Part shown: one piece after another, positions 26,057 to 37,986 of the stretch
How positions within the stretch are numbered: position 1 is the stretch's first letter
How the letters are laid out: the number at the start of each line of letters is the position of its first letter
Assembly (NCBI GenBank): GCA_038087875.1
Contig: CM075990.1
Coordinates: 3,846,001-3,910,000 of the forward strand
Length of the DNA stretch: 64,000 nucleotides
Direction of reading: 5' to 3'
Source of the DNA: Malacoraja senta
Taxonomy: Eukaryota
Position numbers and translations under genes: made by a program
The notes under the pieces: model-generated
The model's input: only the letters and a program-made list of their open reading frames with translations
What the model was told of the DNA's origin: nothing
The model's database searches: none

Positions 26057-26300
26057 CTCGAAGTGCAGGGTGGTGGCAGCCGGGGTTCACATCACCAGGC
26101 GAGGCTTCGGTGCAGAGCTGGGCTGTGAAATGCCTTCTTCCCCGCAGGCATCGTGGCGAATGAGGACACAAGGCTGCCAACTCAACGGGTGATGAATGAA
26201 ACTCGCTCTGTCTGACCACACTCTCAATGGCGCTGCGGTTAAATAGAGCGGCCTCGCACGCCTCGCCCAGCTCCTCTCGGCGCGGCTCAGCTCAGACCAG
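26057..26300 (-). promoter_or_regulatory. Candidate TATA/Inr promoter and first non-coding exon of an unidentified minus-strand transcript
   Basis: Minus-strand TATTTAA at 26245-26239, TCAG initiator-like motif with A at 26213 (32 nt downstream), CpG-rich non-repetitive context, weak donor GAG|GTACCA at 26057. Confidence 0.35.
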
Positions 26301-26350
26301 CTTAGGGAACGGGGGGGCACTTGGAACTGTCCTGGCTTCAGAGAGAAGGA

Positions 26351-26760
26351 CCCTCCTCTCTCCTCCTCTCTCATCATCTCTCCTCCCCCTTCTTCCCCTC
26401 TCCTCCTCTCTCCTCCTCCCTCCTCCTCTCTCCTCCTCTCTCCTCCTCTCCTCCCCTCTCATCCTCTCCCCCCCTCTCCTCCTCTCTCCTCCCATCTCCT
26501 CTCTCCTCCTCTCTCCTCCCCTCTCATCCTCTCTTCTCCCCTCTCCTCCTCTCCTCTCTCCTTCCCTTTCCTCCACTCCTCTCTCCTCCTCTCTTCTCCT
26601 CCTCTCCTCTCCTCCGCCCCTCTCCTCCCCTCTCCTCCTCCCTCCTCCCCTTTCCTCCCCTCTCCTTTTCTCTCCTTGTCCCCTCCCTCCCTCTTCTCTT
26701 TCCTCCTCACCTCCCCCTCCCTCCCACCCCACCCCTCTCCTTCCCTCATTCTCTTCCTCA
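26351..26760. repeat. Polypyrimidine (CT/CCT-rich) low-complexity tract
   Basis: Almost exclusively C and T on + strand for ~410 bp. Confidence 0.95.
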
Positions 26761-27939
26761 TAAGTTTATAGTGATAGGAGCAGAATGAGGCCATTCAGCT
26801 CAAGTCTGCCATTCAATCATGGTGAACACAGGCAAGTTCCTTCTGCAATCAGTCCTGGGTTGATAACGTTTCGGGTCGGGACCTTTCTTCAGACTTCCAA
26901 TTGTCCCGGCCCCAACTCGGCAGTGCCGGGGGTCTTACCTTCTGTGCTCTTGAGGCCGGCTGCGGGGAGGCGCCCCCTTGAAGCATGAAAGGCTGAAGGT
27001 GGCCAGGAGCGGAGAGGGACGAAGGTTCGTGGGACTATTCAGAAGGAGGCGACGGCTGCAACAGGCCTTTGAGGCCAACTACAGCTGGGACTGGACAATG
27101 GTGCCAAAACCTGGTGACTCTTGCATATGGACTCAGTGGGCTGTTTCTATGCATTCTGTACTTAACTGGGGATTGTTTTTATGGCTACAATCTTACTGGG
27201 ATGATTGGCGTTCGGCCAGAGGCCGTAGGTTTAAGGTGAGAGGGAAATGATTTAATAGGAACCCGAGGGGCGACATTTTTACACAAAGGATGGAGGGTGT
27301 ATGGAATGAGCTGCCAGAGGAGGTAGTTGAGGCAGGAACTATCACAACATTTAAGAAACATTTAGTCAGGGTAGTAAATCTGTGGAACTCATTGCCACAG
27401 AGGTCAATGGGGATATTTTTAAGGCAGAGATGGAAAACTTCTTGATTAGAACGGATGCCAAGGATTATGGGGAGAGGGCAGGAAAATGGGATTAGGAGGC
27501 AGAGATCAGCCATGATTGAGTGAGGGCATAGACTTGAGGTCTATGGCCTAATTCTACTCCTATAACGTGAACTTGTGAAGATGCTTACATGGATAGATAT
27601 GATAGGTTTAGAGGGATATGGGCCAAAAGCAGGCAGGTGGGACTAGTGTAGATGGGGCATGTTGGCCTTCGTGGGTAAGTTGGGCTGAAGGGCCTGTTTC
27701 CACACGGTATGACTCTCTGACTCTAACCCCTCCCAGCTTCCTATGTCTGAGGTCTGACTCCAACCTCTTAAATTTTCTTTTAATTGTCATTGATTTCAAT
27801 GTTACCAGGCCTGTTTGATCCCATATCTGGCTGTCTGCTGCCTTGTTGTCAATCGCTCTCATCCCGCCTCTAGGGTTCAGCTCTATGTTTGACCCAGGAC
27901 TGTGATGAAGTCAGGAGATGAAGATTCTCAATGAAAGGG

Positions 27940-28232
27940 ACGGCACAGTGGTGCAGCGGTAGAGTTGCTGCCTCACAGCGCCGGAGACCCGGGTTCGATC
28001 CTGACCACGGGTGCTGTCTGCACGGAGTTTGTACGCTCTCCCCGTGACCTGCGTGGGTTTTCTCCGGGTGCTCCGGTTCCGTACAGTTTTGTAGGTTAAT
28101 TGGCTTCAGTAACGGTAAATTGTCCCCAGTGTGTAGGATAGTGCTGGTGTATAGGCTGTTCGCTGGTCGGCGTGGACTCGGTGGGCCAAAGGGCCCGCTT
28201 CCGCACTGTATTACTAAGGTCTAAAGTCTAAA
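27940..28232 (+). mobile_element. V-SINE (HE1-like), near full length
   Basis: ggcacagtggtgcagcggtag A box, ggttcgatcc B box, V-domain, LINE-derived tail with ctaaagt repeats. Confidence 0.88.
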
Positions 28233-28854
28233 AGTGTAAAGAAAGCCCCACTGGGAAATCAGTGAGCATGTTATTGCTGAGTAAGTCCTACATGATAGCA
28301 CAAAAGCTTCATCGCTTTGCAGATGAAAGCCATGAGACAGACTGAGCAGCAATTAGCTCGGATTGTCTTTGTCCTGGTTTATGTGAACAGGGCATTTGGG
28401 GGCACAGCTACACCTCACGCTAAATGTTATTCCCTTTATCCTGTATCTGTGCATTGTGCACAGCTTGAATGTAATCATGTACTGTCTTTACACTAACTGG
28501 TTAGCAAGCAAAGGAAAACGTGTTTCACTGTGCCTCTACACACATGACACTAAACTAAACTATACTAAACTAAACAGTCACTTATGTTCCTTTAATAAGA
28601 TAAATCTTCTGCTTCTATCTGTCCCGGCTTTTTCCACAACCTTAAAAACGCTCAAAGAAAGAAAGACCTTCCTTTGTCATTAAATTCCTGTCTGGGAGTC
28701 TTAACATTATCGGAAAACTTCCAATTCCTTGCCCGGAAATGATCTCTTTTGTCGTTAAAGGGATCTACAATCTACTGTTTCAATAGGCAGCCGGTATCAT
28801 CAAAGACACACACTACCCTGGCCACGCTCTCACTTCACCACTAGTTTTTTTGTT

Positions 28855-29140
28855 TAGTTTAGAGATACAGCGCGGAAACAGGACATTCGGCCCACCGGGT
28901 CCGCGGCGACCAGCGATCCCGCACATTAACACTATCCTACACACACTAGGGACAATTTTTACATTTACCAAGCCAATTAACCTACAAACCTGTACGTCCT
29001 TGGAGTGTGGGAAAAACCGAAGATCTTAGAGAAAACCCACGGGGGGAACGTACAAACTCCGCACCTGTAGTCGGGATCGAACCCGGGTCTCTGGCGCTGC
29101 ATTCGCTATAAGGCAGCAACTCTACCACTGCGCCACCATG
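28855..29140 (-). mobile_element. V-SINE (HE1-like)
   Basis: Reverse complement of the same SINE consensus (ggatcgaacccgggtctctggcgctg; tttagtttag tail). Confidence 0.85.
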
Positions 29141-29930
29141 ACCGCCCACGCTGTCTACCATCGGGCAGAAGTTACAGGAAAACTGTGACCACCAGGTTCA
29201 AGAACAGCTTCTAACCAACAACCATCAAGATCTTGAACACTGCACAACACTAATCTCACAAAGATAGACACAAAAAGCTGGAGTAACGCAGCGGGTAAAC
29301 CAGCATCTGCAGTTCTTTCCTACACATTTCGTCTGCTCCAGCGCGAAATCTCCTTCAAAGGTGTCTACTTTGAAGAAGTTCTCCTCCTCTCTCCAACAAG
29401 GTTCAGCAACATCCTCTCTAGCTGCTCCCCCCTCTGTGGTTCCTCCTGCTCTCTGCTGCTGGGTTACTCCAGCTTTTTGTGTCTATCTTTGGTTTAAAGC
29501 AGCATCTGCAGTTCCTTCCTACACTAATCTCACAAACTTCCACAGCGTGGCACTTTGGTTGCACCATGGAAACCGTTTTTTTGTATTATGATGGTTACCT
29601 AGTAATATGGTTATTAATTCATTGTAGTTGTGAATCCTATGTGTTATCTGTGTGCTATTGTGTTGACAGACCTGTTAACTTGCAGCAAATCAGGATATTG
29701 AGTAAAGAAGTTAGGATCGGTTCAAGACATTTCTTCAGACAAACCCTCTGTCGGAAGAATAGTCTCGACCCGAAACATCACTTATTTCTTTTCTCCAAAG
29801 ACCTTTCTTCAGGCTTAAAAACATCACATATTCCTTCCCTCCAGAGATGCTGCCTGTCCCACTGAGTTACTCCAGCTTTTTGTGTCTATCTTCGGATTAA
29901 ACCAGCATCAGCAGTTCCTTCCTATACATA

Positions 29931-30357
29931 CTTATTAGGCCCCCTTTGGTCATGGCTGACCATGGGTGTCTCCAGGGTGCTATTCCCTATATGGAGGATG
30001 CCTGTGCATGACTTTGTTTAATGTGGGGAGACTGGTGCACAGACAGCCACCCCACGGGCCTGGACAGATCTGGGTCAGGATCCAGTGGCATGGAGTCCAA
30101 GATGACCGGAGACCCTTTTCTGCTGCAGCCTTCATCCGCCTTCCCAGCCGTCGTGACGCTCCACTAAGGTCAGCCATCATCCTCCGCCTGTTCCACCGTT
30201 GAGGTCTTGGTTGGATTGCTCTTTGTCAGAGACCTCCCCCTCGACCTTACCGCCATGAGTGGCCCTACCAGGAGCATAGCTCCAGACGGCATCGCTCTCA
30301 GGATCTCAGGTCCACACAAGCTTCTCCACCACGACAAGGTGACAATACACGGAGAAG
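29931..30357 (-). mobile_element. Non-autonomous RTE-type short retroelement with 5' HDV-like fold
   Basis: Minus strand starts cttctccgtgtattgtcaccttgtcgtggtggagaag, resembling RTE/Expander 5' ends; ends with cctaataag tail; no coding capacity. Confidence 0.7.
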
Positions 30358-31727
30358 ATCCTACATCTAGAAGTTGGGATATTATGTTACAGCTGTACAA
30401 GGTGCTGATGAGCCACAGTTGGAGTATTGTGTTCAGTTTTGGTCATCCTATTATAGGAAAGGGTGCAGAGAAGATTTATGATGATGTTGCCAGGACTTGA
30501 GGGCCTGAGCTACAGAGAGAGGATGGGCAGTCTAGGACTATATTCCATGGAGCATAGGAGGTGATATTATATAGGTGTGTAAGATCACGAGAGGATTAGA
30601 TTGGGTAGTTGCACAGTTTTTTACCCAGAGTGGGGGAATCAAGAACCAGGGAACAATTTTCAGGTGAGAGGGGAAAGATTTAATGGGAAGCTGAGGGGAA
30701 ACTTTTTCATACAGGGGGGATGGGTATTCAGAATGAGTTACAGGAAGAAGGTAGACAAAAACGCTGGAGAAACTCAGCTGGTACGGCAGCATCTATGGAG
30801 CGAATCTTCGCTCCATAGATGCTGCCGCACCCGCTGAGTTTCTCCAGCATTTTTGTCTACCTTCGATTTTCCGGCATCTGCAGTTCCTTCTTGAACGAGT
30901 TACAGGAGGAGGTGGTTGAGGCAGAAACTATAACAACATTTAAAAGACATTTGGGCAAGGGCAGGTATAGGATAGGTTTAAAGGGATATGTGCCAAACGC
31001 GGGCAGGTGGGACTAGTATAGATGGAGGATCTTGGCTGACAAGGGCAAGTTGGGCCGAAAGTCCTGTTCCCGTGCTGTGTGACTCTATGACTCATCCAAG
31101 TGTTGAATTTCATTGCTGATTGTTGTTGATACATATTAAACACTGACGCTCTCTCTCTTAATCTTCCCATTCAGAGCCTTGGAGTCATTTTCCATTGAGA
31201 TTGTTTTAGAATTATCACTTATACCAAGACACAGTGAATAGTTTTGCTCTTTGAGTGCTATTGAGGCTGATCATTCCATACAAGAAAACGAATGACTAAT
31301 AACCAGATAAAAACAATCTAATGTTACAGATTTGCTGGAGTAACTCGGCAGCACAGGCAACATCTCGGGATGGAAGGAATGGGTGATGTTTCGAGTCGAG
31401 ACCCTTCTTCAGACTGAGCAGCATCTGCTGTCCCTTCCTACACTGTAATTCATACAGCCTGGAGACTGAGTTGTTTTACACATGAGTACAATTATACCAT
31501 CCACGAACACATCAGGCAGTGCAACACAGAAAACAAATACTGCAGAATATAGACGTAGTGATACAGAGAAAGTACACGTAAAAAGAGAAAAGTGAAAGGG
31601 GTAGATTGGAAGATTGGGAAACATCCTTAGTTTATGAGTGGTCTGTTCAGCAGTCTGATAACAACGTGGAAGAAGCCGTTCCTCGATCTGGAGATCGGCG
31701 ATTTCAAGCTTTGTCTTTGCACAAGTG

Positions 31728-32030
31728 GGCGGCACGGTGGTGCAGCAGTAGAGTCGCAGCCTCACAGCCAGCGCCAGCGACCCGGGTTCCATCCTGACCT
31801 CGGGCGCTGTCCGTATGGGGTTTATACGGCCTTCTCCCTGTGACCACGTAGGTTTTCTCCGGATGCTCCGGTTTTCTCCCACATTCCAAAGACGTGCAGG
31901 TTTGTAGGCTAATTATCTTCTGTTAATTGTCCCTAGTGTGAAGGATAGAACTAGTGCATGGGTGATGGCTGGTCAGTGCGGACTTGGTGGGCCGAAGGGC
32001 CTTTTTTACACTGTATCTCTACACTAAACT
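31728..32030 (+). mobile_element. V-SINE (HE1-like)
   Basis: tRNA head, V-domain, gggccgaagggcc tail. Confidence 0.83.
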
Positions 32031-33377
32031 CGAGAGTCAGAGAGTTATGCAGCATGGAAACAGGCCCTTCGACCCAACTCGTCCACACCGACCAAGATGC
32101 CCCATCTACGCTAGTCCCATTTGCCTGCATTTGGCCCATATCCCTCTAAACCTTTCCTATCCATGCACCTGTCCAAGTGCCTTTGAAATGCTGTTATTGT
32201 ATGGGTCTCAACTCCCTTCTCTGGCTGCCCATTCTACATACCCACCACCTTCTGAGTGAAACAGGTTGCCCCTGAGGTTCCTGTTAAATCTTGTCCCTCT
32301 CACTTTGTGGAAGAAATTAATTTAGATGGAAATTAAAGGAAAATGAAAAGCGGAGACTTTGCAGGTTTACTTCAAGAGACTGTATTGCATGATATCATGG
32401 AGAGATGGCGGCAGTTAACTGCTCACCAGTTCCCTGACTTCACAGCAGAATTAGCCGAACATACTTTTTTGTTCATGTCAATCTTATTCAACAACAGATG
32501 GTTAATACAAGTCAAACACAATACAAGGGCATCTTGACATTATGCTATCTCATCTTTTAGGCGGCCCGCGCCACCATCCCCTCTCCGAGCCTATCATAAG
32601 CCCCCCATTTACTGCGACATATCTACGCTACTAGCGGTAGGGGGCGCTGGGTGGTCTACTGTAACACACTGCTGAGAGATACAAACTTACATATCTCCGT
32701 CTACTATTTCATGTTTACATCTACCATCCACCCTTCAACACATTCCGAGACAGTAAGTAATACGTCAAATCTTACTTTGCCGATTCCCACGAACCTCTTC
32801 TACACCTGGTCAATGAGAGATGCCAATTGTCACATCCAAACACCCTTTCGTTACCTTGTTCAATCCCAATCAAAATTAAGTAAGGAAGGATATTCATATT
32901 TTCTTCCGCACACTTTAAACATGTCCTCTTGTTTTGGATTCCCCTACCCGGGTAACAGACTCTGTGCATTCACCCTATCTATTCCCCACTGAGGTTGGTA
33001 TCAAATTGATTTTGTGTGATGGATCCAAATTGTGTGGAAATGTAAATAGTACTTTTTCTTTAAAAAGCACAAAAAACTATTTCCTTCATGATTTTATAAA
33101 CCACTATAAGTTCACCCCTCAGTCTCCTGCGTTCCAAGGAATAAAGTCCGAGCCTGCCCAAACTCTCCCTATAGTTCAGGCCCTTGGGCCTTGGCAACAT
33201 CTTTGTAAATCTTCTCTGCACTCGTTGCAACTAAATGACATCCTTCCTACAGCAGGATGATCAAAATCAGAACAGAAGAGAGAATGATGGGGCTGTGTGT
33301 CGTCCTTGATTCTGTTGGCATTCATCAGTTAATCTCAGATACTCTGAAACCCTTGAACCAAGAGGCAGACAACAGCT

Positions 33378-33920
33378 AGACACAGAGTGCTGGAGTAACT
33401 CAGCGGGTCAGGCAGCATCTCTGGAGAGAATGATTGGGTGACGTTTCAGGTCGAGACCCTTCTTCAGTGGTTAGGGATAAGGGAAACGAGAGATATAGAC
33501 GGTGATGTCGAGAGATAAAGAACAATGAATAAAAGATCTGCAAAAAAGTAATGATGATAAAGGAAACAGGCCAATGTTAGCTGTTTGTAGACAAAAGTGC
33601 TGGAGAAACTCAGCGGGTGCAGCAGCATCTATGGAGCGAAGGAAATAGGCAACGTTTCAGGCCGAAACCAAGCTGTTTGTTGGCTGAAAGCAACAAGCTA
33701 GTGCGACTTGGGTGGGGGAGGGATAGAGAGAGAGAGGGAATGCCGGGGCTACCTGAAGTGAGAGAAATCAATATCCATACCGCAGTGTGGGAATGGGAAG
33801 GGGGGATTCAACTGTTTCGCAAACAAATCGGATAGGCCAAGTTGGACTGAGCGGAGGTGTTCAGCGAAACGATGGCCCAGTCTGCGCTTGGTGGCGCCGA
33901 TATCGGAGCCCATGTGGAGA
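33378..33920 (-). mobile_element. Penelope-like element 3' fragment with GIY-YIG endonuclease remnant and terminal repeat
   Basis: Minus-strand translation IGATKRRLGHRFAEHLRSV (~33845-33901; YIG motif region) and GMDIDFSHFR* contiguous with the gtgctggagtaactcagcgggtcaggcagcatc repeat. Confidence 0.8.
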
Positions 33921-34040
33921 ACAGTTTCTCAGTAAAGCAAGTTACTCCCCTCAATCTCTACATCGGTCAGTTACTGGTTATCAGCTTGTTTAATTCATCC
34001 ATTTTCAGCCTCATCTAGAATAACATCAGAACTAACACCT

Positions 34041-34547
34041 CAAGTCAAGTCAAGAGAGTTTATTGTCATGTGTCCCTGATAGGACAATGAAATTCTTGCT
34101 TTCCTTCAGCACAACAGAACATAGTCGGCATGAATACAGAACAGATCAGTGTGTCCATATACCATTATATAAATATATAAACACATGAATAAAAAAACTG
34201 ATAAAGTGCAAATAACAGATAATGGGCTATTAATGTTCAGAGTTTTGTCCGAGCCAATTTTAATAGCCTGATGGCTGTGGGGAAGTAGCTATTCCTGAAC
34301 CTGGTCGTTGCAGTCTTCAGGCTCCTGTATCTTCTACCTGAAGGTAGCGGGGAGATGAGTGTGTGGCCAGGATGGTGTGGGTCTTTGATGATACTGCCAG
34401 CCTTTTTGAGGCAGCGACTGCGATAGATCCCCTCGATGGAAGGAAGGTCAGAGCCGATGATGGACTGGGCAGTGTTTACTACTTTTTGTAGTCTTTTCCT
34501 CTCCAGGGCGCTCAAGTTGCCGAACCAAGCCACGATGCAACCGGTCA
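34041..34547 (-). mobile_element. Rex1/Babar-type LINE 3' fragment
   Basis: ORF 34237-34575 GCIVAWFGN...LQKVVNTAQSIIG...LPSGRRYRSLKTATTRFRNSYFPTAIRLL; (cttga)n tail. Confidence 0.8.
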
Positions 34548-34975
34548 TCATTAATTTTAATGGTGAGAAATTCATCCCCCTACACCTTGGCTTAGTCCCT
34601 CAAGTGTCCGAATTATGGGACTATCCATTCCCGAAGATAAAGCTTATTTAACATGTGGTGAAAAGTCAAATTCGTTCTGTCGTTTGACTTCCATTGTCTA
34701 TTCCACTCATAATTACAAATCACAACCATTAGATTGAAGACACGGAGTGCTGGAGTAGCTCAGCGAATCAGGAAGCATCTCAGGAGAACATGGATAGATG
34801 ACATTCCCATGGTAGTTGTCCATCCATCTTCTCCAGAGATGCTGCCTGACCCCGCCGAGCTACTCCAGCACTCTGCATCTTCTTTAATAAACCCTGCCGT
34901 TCCTTTTTTCTACAACTATTAGATTGATTGGAAGGCACAACATGGAAACAGGCCCTTCAGCCCTTCAGCCCATTG

Positions 34976-35616
34976 GGAGAGATCATCCCATGCCAAGAAA
35001 CTAGACCCAGCGTTGAATAACACCTGCCGCTCAATCACTGGTTGCTTGAAGCCCACCAACATAAACAACCTGCACCTCCTCGCTGGCATTGCCCCTGCTG
35101 ATGTGAGACGGAAAGTCGCCAGCCGAGTAGAGATGACCAAGGCCACTAATGATGAACGCCACCTCCTCTACGGACGTGTACCCCCGGCCCAACGGCTGAA
35201 GTCCAGGAGAAGCTTTCTCAGCCATGTCCAGCCCCTAATAGCATCATGGGAAGAAACCAGACTCCAACTATGGACAAAAAGGCTTGAGGACGACCCCCCC
35301 TCCTACTGACATGGGTATCCCTCCTTCTGAAGCCCTCCCACCGGGCTGGGTCCAGTGGAAGATGCTCAACCGCCTGAGAACAGGAACAGGGCGATCAAAA
35401 GATGCCATGGCCAGATGGGGCTATGAAACTGGCCAAACCACCTGTGAATGTGGAGAAGAGGACCACACAATGCAGCACTGCCTTGTCCGCCCCCTACTAC
35501 CCAACCAGTGCAGCTCAAAGGATCTTGCAGTGTTCAATAAAAATGCAAAGGACTGTGTAAAGGAATGGGAAACTGTCATATAGCCAACCAGCTTCAAAGA
35601 CACGAAAAGAAGAAGA
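34976..35616 (+). mobile_element. Vingi/Ingi-like LINE, 5'-truncated, with 9-bp TSD
   Basis: LAGIAPADVRR...WKMLNRLRTGTGRS...CECGEEDHTMQHCL; tail gacacgaaaagaagaagaag; TSD agcccattg at 34967-34975 and 35617-35625. Confidence 0.75.
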
Positions 35617-37522
35617 AGCCCATTGAGTCCACGCTGACCAACAATCACCTGTTCACACTAGTTCAGTTTAGTTTAGTTTAGTTTAGAGATACAGTGCGGA
35701 AACAGGCCTTTAACAGGCAAATTAGGCCATTCGGCCCACTCCGCTAACCAATCAAGGCTGATTTATCCCTCCCTCCAAACCCCATTCTCCTGCCTTCTCC
35801 CCATAACCCCCGACACCCATACTAATCAAGAATCTATCAATCTCCACCTTGAAAAATATCCACTGACTTGGCCTCCACAGCCGACTGTGGCAATCATTTC
35901 CACAGATTCACCACCCTCTGACTAAAGAAATTCCTCCTCATCTCCTTTTCAAAAGGTACGTCCTTTTATTCTGAGGCTGTGGCCTCCGGTCCTAGACTCT
36001 CCCACTAATGGAAATATCCAAGCCTTTCACTATTTGGGAAGTTTCAATGAGGTCCCTCCTCATCCTTCTAAGCTGCAGCGAGTACAGGTCCCAGTTCCGT
36101 CAAACGCTTGTCATATGTTAACCCACTCATTCCTGGGATCGTTCTCGTAAACCTCCTCTGGACCCTCTCCAACGCCAGCACATCCTTCCACAGATAGGGG
36201 GCCCAAAACTGCTCATAATATTCCAAAGTCTGACCAGTGCGTTATCGAGCCTGAGCATTACATCCCTGTTTGTATATTCTTGTCCTCTCCAAATAAATGC
36301 TAACATTGCATTCGCCGTCCATGGAGTCAGGGGATATGTGGAGAAGGCAGGAATGGGGTACTGATTGGGGATGATCAGCCATGATCACATTGAATGGCGG
36401 TGCTGGCTCGAAGGGCCGAATGGCCTACTCCTGCACCTATTGTCTATTGTCTATTGTCTACTACGGATCAAGTATCTCACATGATTTAGTTGACGGGAAG
36501 CGGAGATCTACCTCAAAGCAATGACCCCAATGTCCAAAATATGACATCATATGCCACGTCATACAACAAAACATAATTCATATGATACCAGCTCCATGGA
36601 AATATAGTTTGTTTGATGGTGTGACTGCTTCTGTTGTGACAGCAGCCAGCCAATGCAACACATCTCTCTGAACACATCCTGTTCATTCTAGAATGTCAGG
36701 CAAGTAGATAATAACACTCTAAGAGGCAAGTAGATAATAACACAACCCCAAGGAACAATAGTGATAAAAAGTTAAATGGAACGATGAGACTTTGGATCTT
36801 ATTTCATCCTTTCTCTCCCATGTTCAGTGTGCTGCAGACCTGCCCTCAGTTTTCAGAGCTCCTCTACATCAGCTCTCAGATTTCCATTCCCACTCAGTCA
36901 TGTTTACCTTCACTCCAGTTGCCTGTTTCTCTCTGAGCCAAATTCCTCCATATTGCTATTACTGTTATCCCTTCATAGTAGCTGTTTTAAAAAAATCATT
37001 ATTAAGTTACAGCCTGCGTTTTCGGAAACTTACGTATTTTTCATTGCGGACTGAAGGTCAACTCCCCTCTTTATCTTTGCCCTACTTTTACGTCTAAAGT
37101 ATTTTTTGTTTTGTCCTTTCTGGTTTCTCGATTACAGTCCCAGTTAGACCATTTCATGTATTCTTTGTGCCTATATTGTAACAAAGCCTATTTTGTTCGT
37201 GCCTCCACCGACCATTGATCACTTTTCTGGTCTTTCTTTAACGTAACCCAGGCAAACCCAACTATATGTGACAACAAACTACAGCAGATGCTGGTTGATA
37301 CCACAGGTAGACACAGAATGCTGGAGTCACTCGGCGGCTCAGGCAGCATCTCTGAAGAATATGGATAGGCAATGTTTCCAGTTGGGTACCTTCTTCAGAA
37401 TGACCCGAATCGTCAGCTATTAATTTTCTCCAGAGGTGCTGCCTGACCTGCTAAATTACTCCAGCATTTTGTGTCTATCGTAAATCCATTTATACGTTTT
37501 CTGATAGGTTTAAGATGAGAGA

Positions 37523-37836
37523 CCTAGGTGTCCTGGTCACTGAAAGTAAGCATGCAGGTACAGCAGGCAGTGAAGAAAGCTAATGGCATGTTGGCCTTCA
37601 TAGCGAGAGGATTTGAGTATAGGAGCAAAGAGGTCCTACTACAATTGAACAGGGCCCCGGTGAGACTGCACCTGGAGTATTGTGTGCAGTTTTGGTCTCC
37701 TAATTTGAGGGAAAACATTCTTGCTACTCAGGGAGTGCAACTTAGGTTAATTCCCGGGATGGCGGGACTGACATATGATGAAAGAATGGGTCGACTGGGT
37801 TTGTATTCACTGGAATTTAGGATGAGAGGGGACCTT
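37523..37836 (+). mobile_element. Internal CR1 ORF2 fragment flanked by 19-bp direct repeats
   Basis: KVSMQVQQAVKKANGMLAF...LEFRMRGDL; ataggtttaagatgagaga at 37504-37522 and 37837-37855. Confidence 0.8.
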
Positions 37837-37856
37837 ATAGGTTTAAGATGAGAGAG

Positions 37857-37986
37857 AAGATTGCAACCATCACGTGGTCCACCCAGTTTTGACTAATGCA
37901 ATCAACCCGACGTGCACAAACAAATAGATCAAATAGAACAAGTTGTTCTACAACTTGAGGCTGTGCACGCCATACGCAAGGAGAAG
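37857..37986 (+). mobile_element. ~130-bp mini-retroelement (HDV-like head plus Vingi-like tail), copy A, 5' P1 strand missing
   Basis: Homologous to 57577-57716; ends ccatacgcaaggagaag. Confidence 0.75.

Noticed and set aside
24969..26794. Pro/Ser/Leu-rich and Gly/Glu/Arg-rich ORFs
   Set aside because: Artefacts of stop-free GA and CT low-complexity tracts.
27940..28010. tRNA-like sequences with A and B boxes (also ~11930, 16190, 21265, 31730, 56025)
   Set aside because: Each continues into the V-SINE body or is a truncated SINE head; not tRNA genes.
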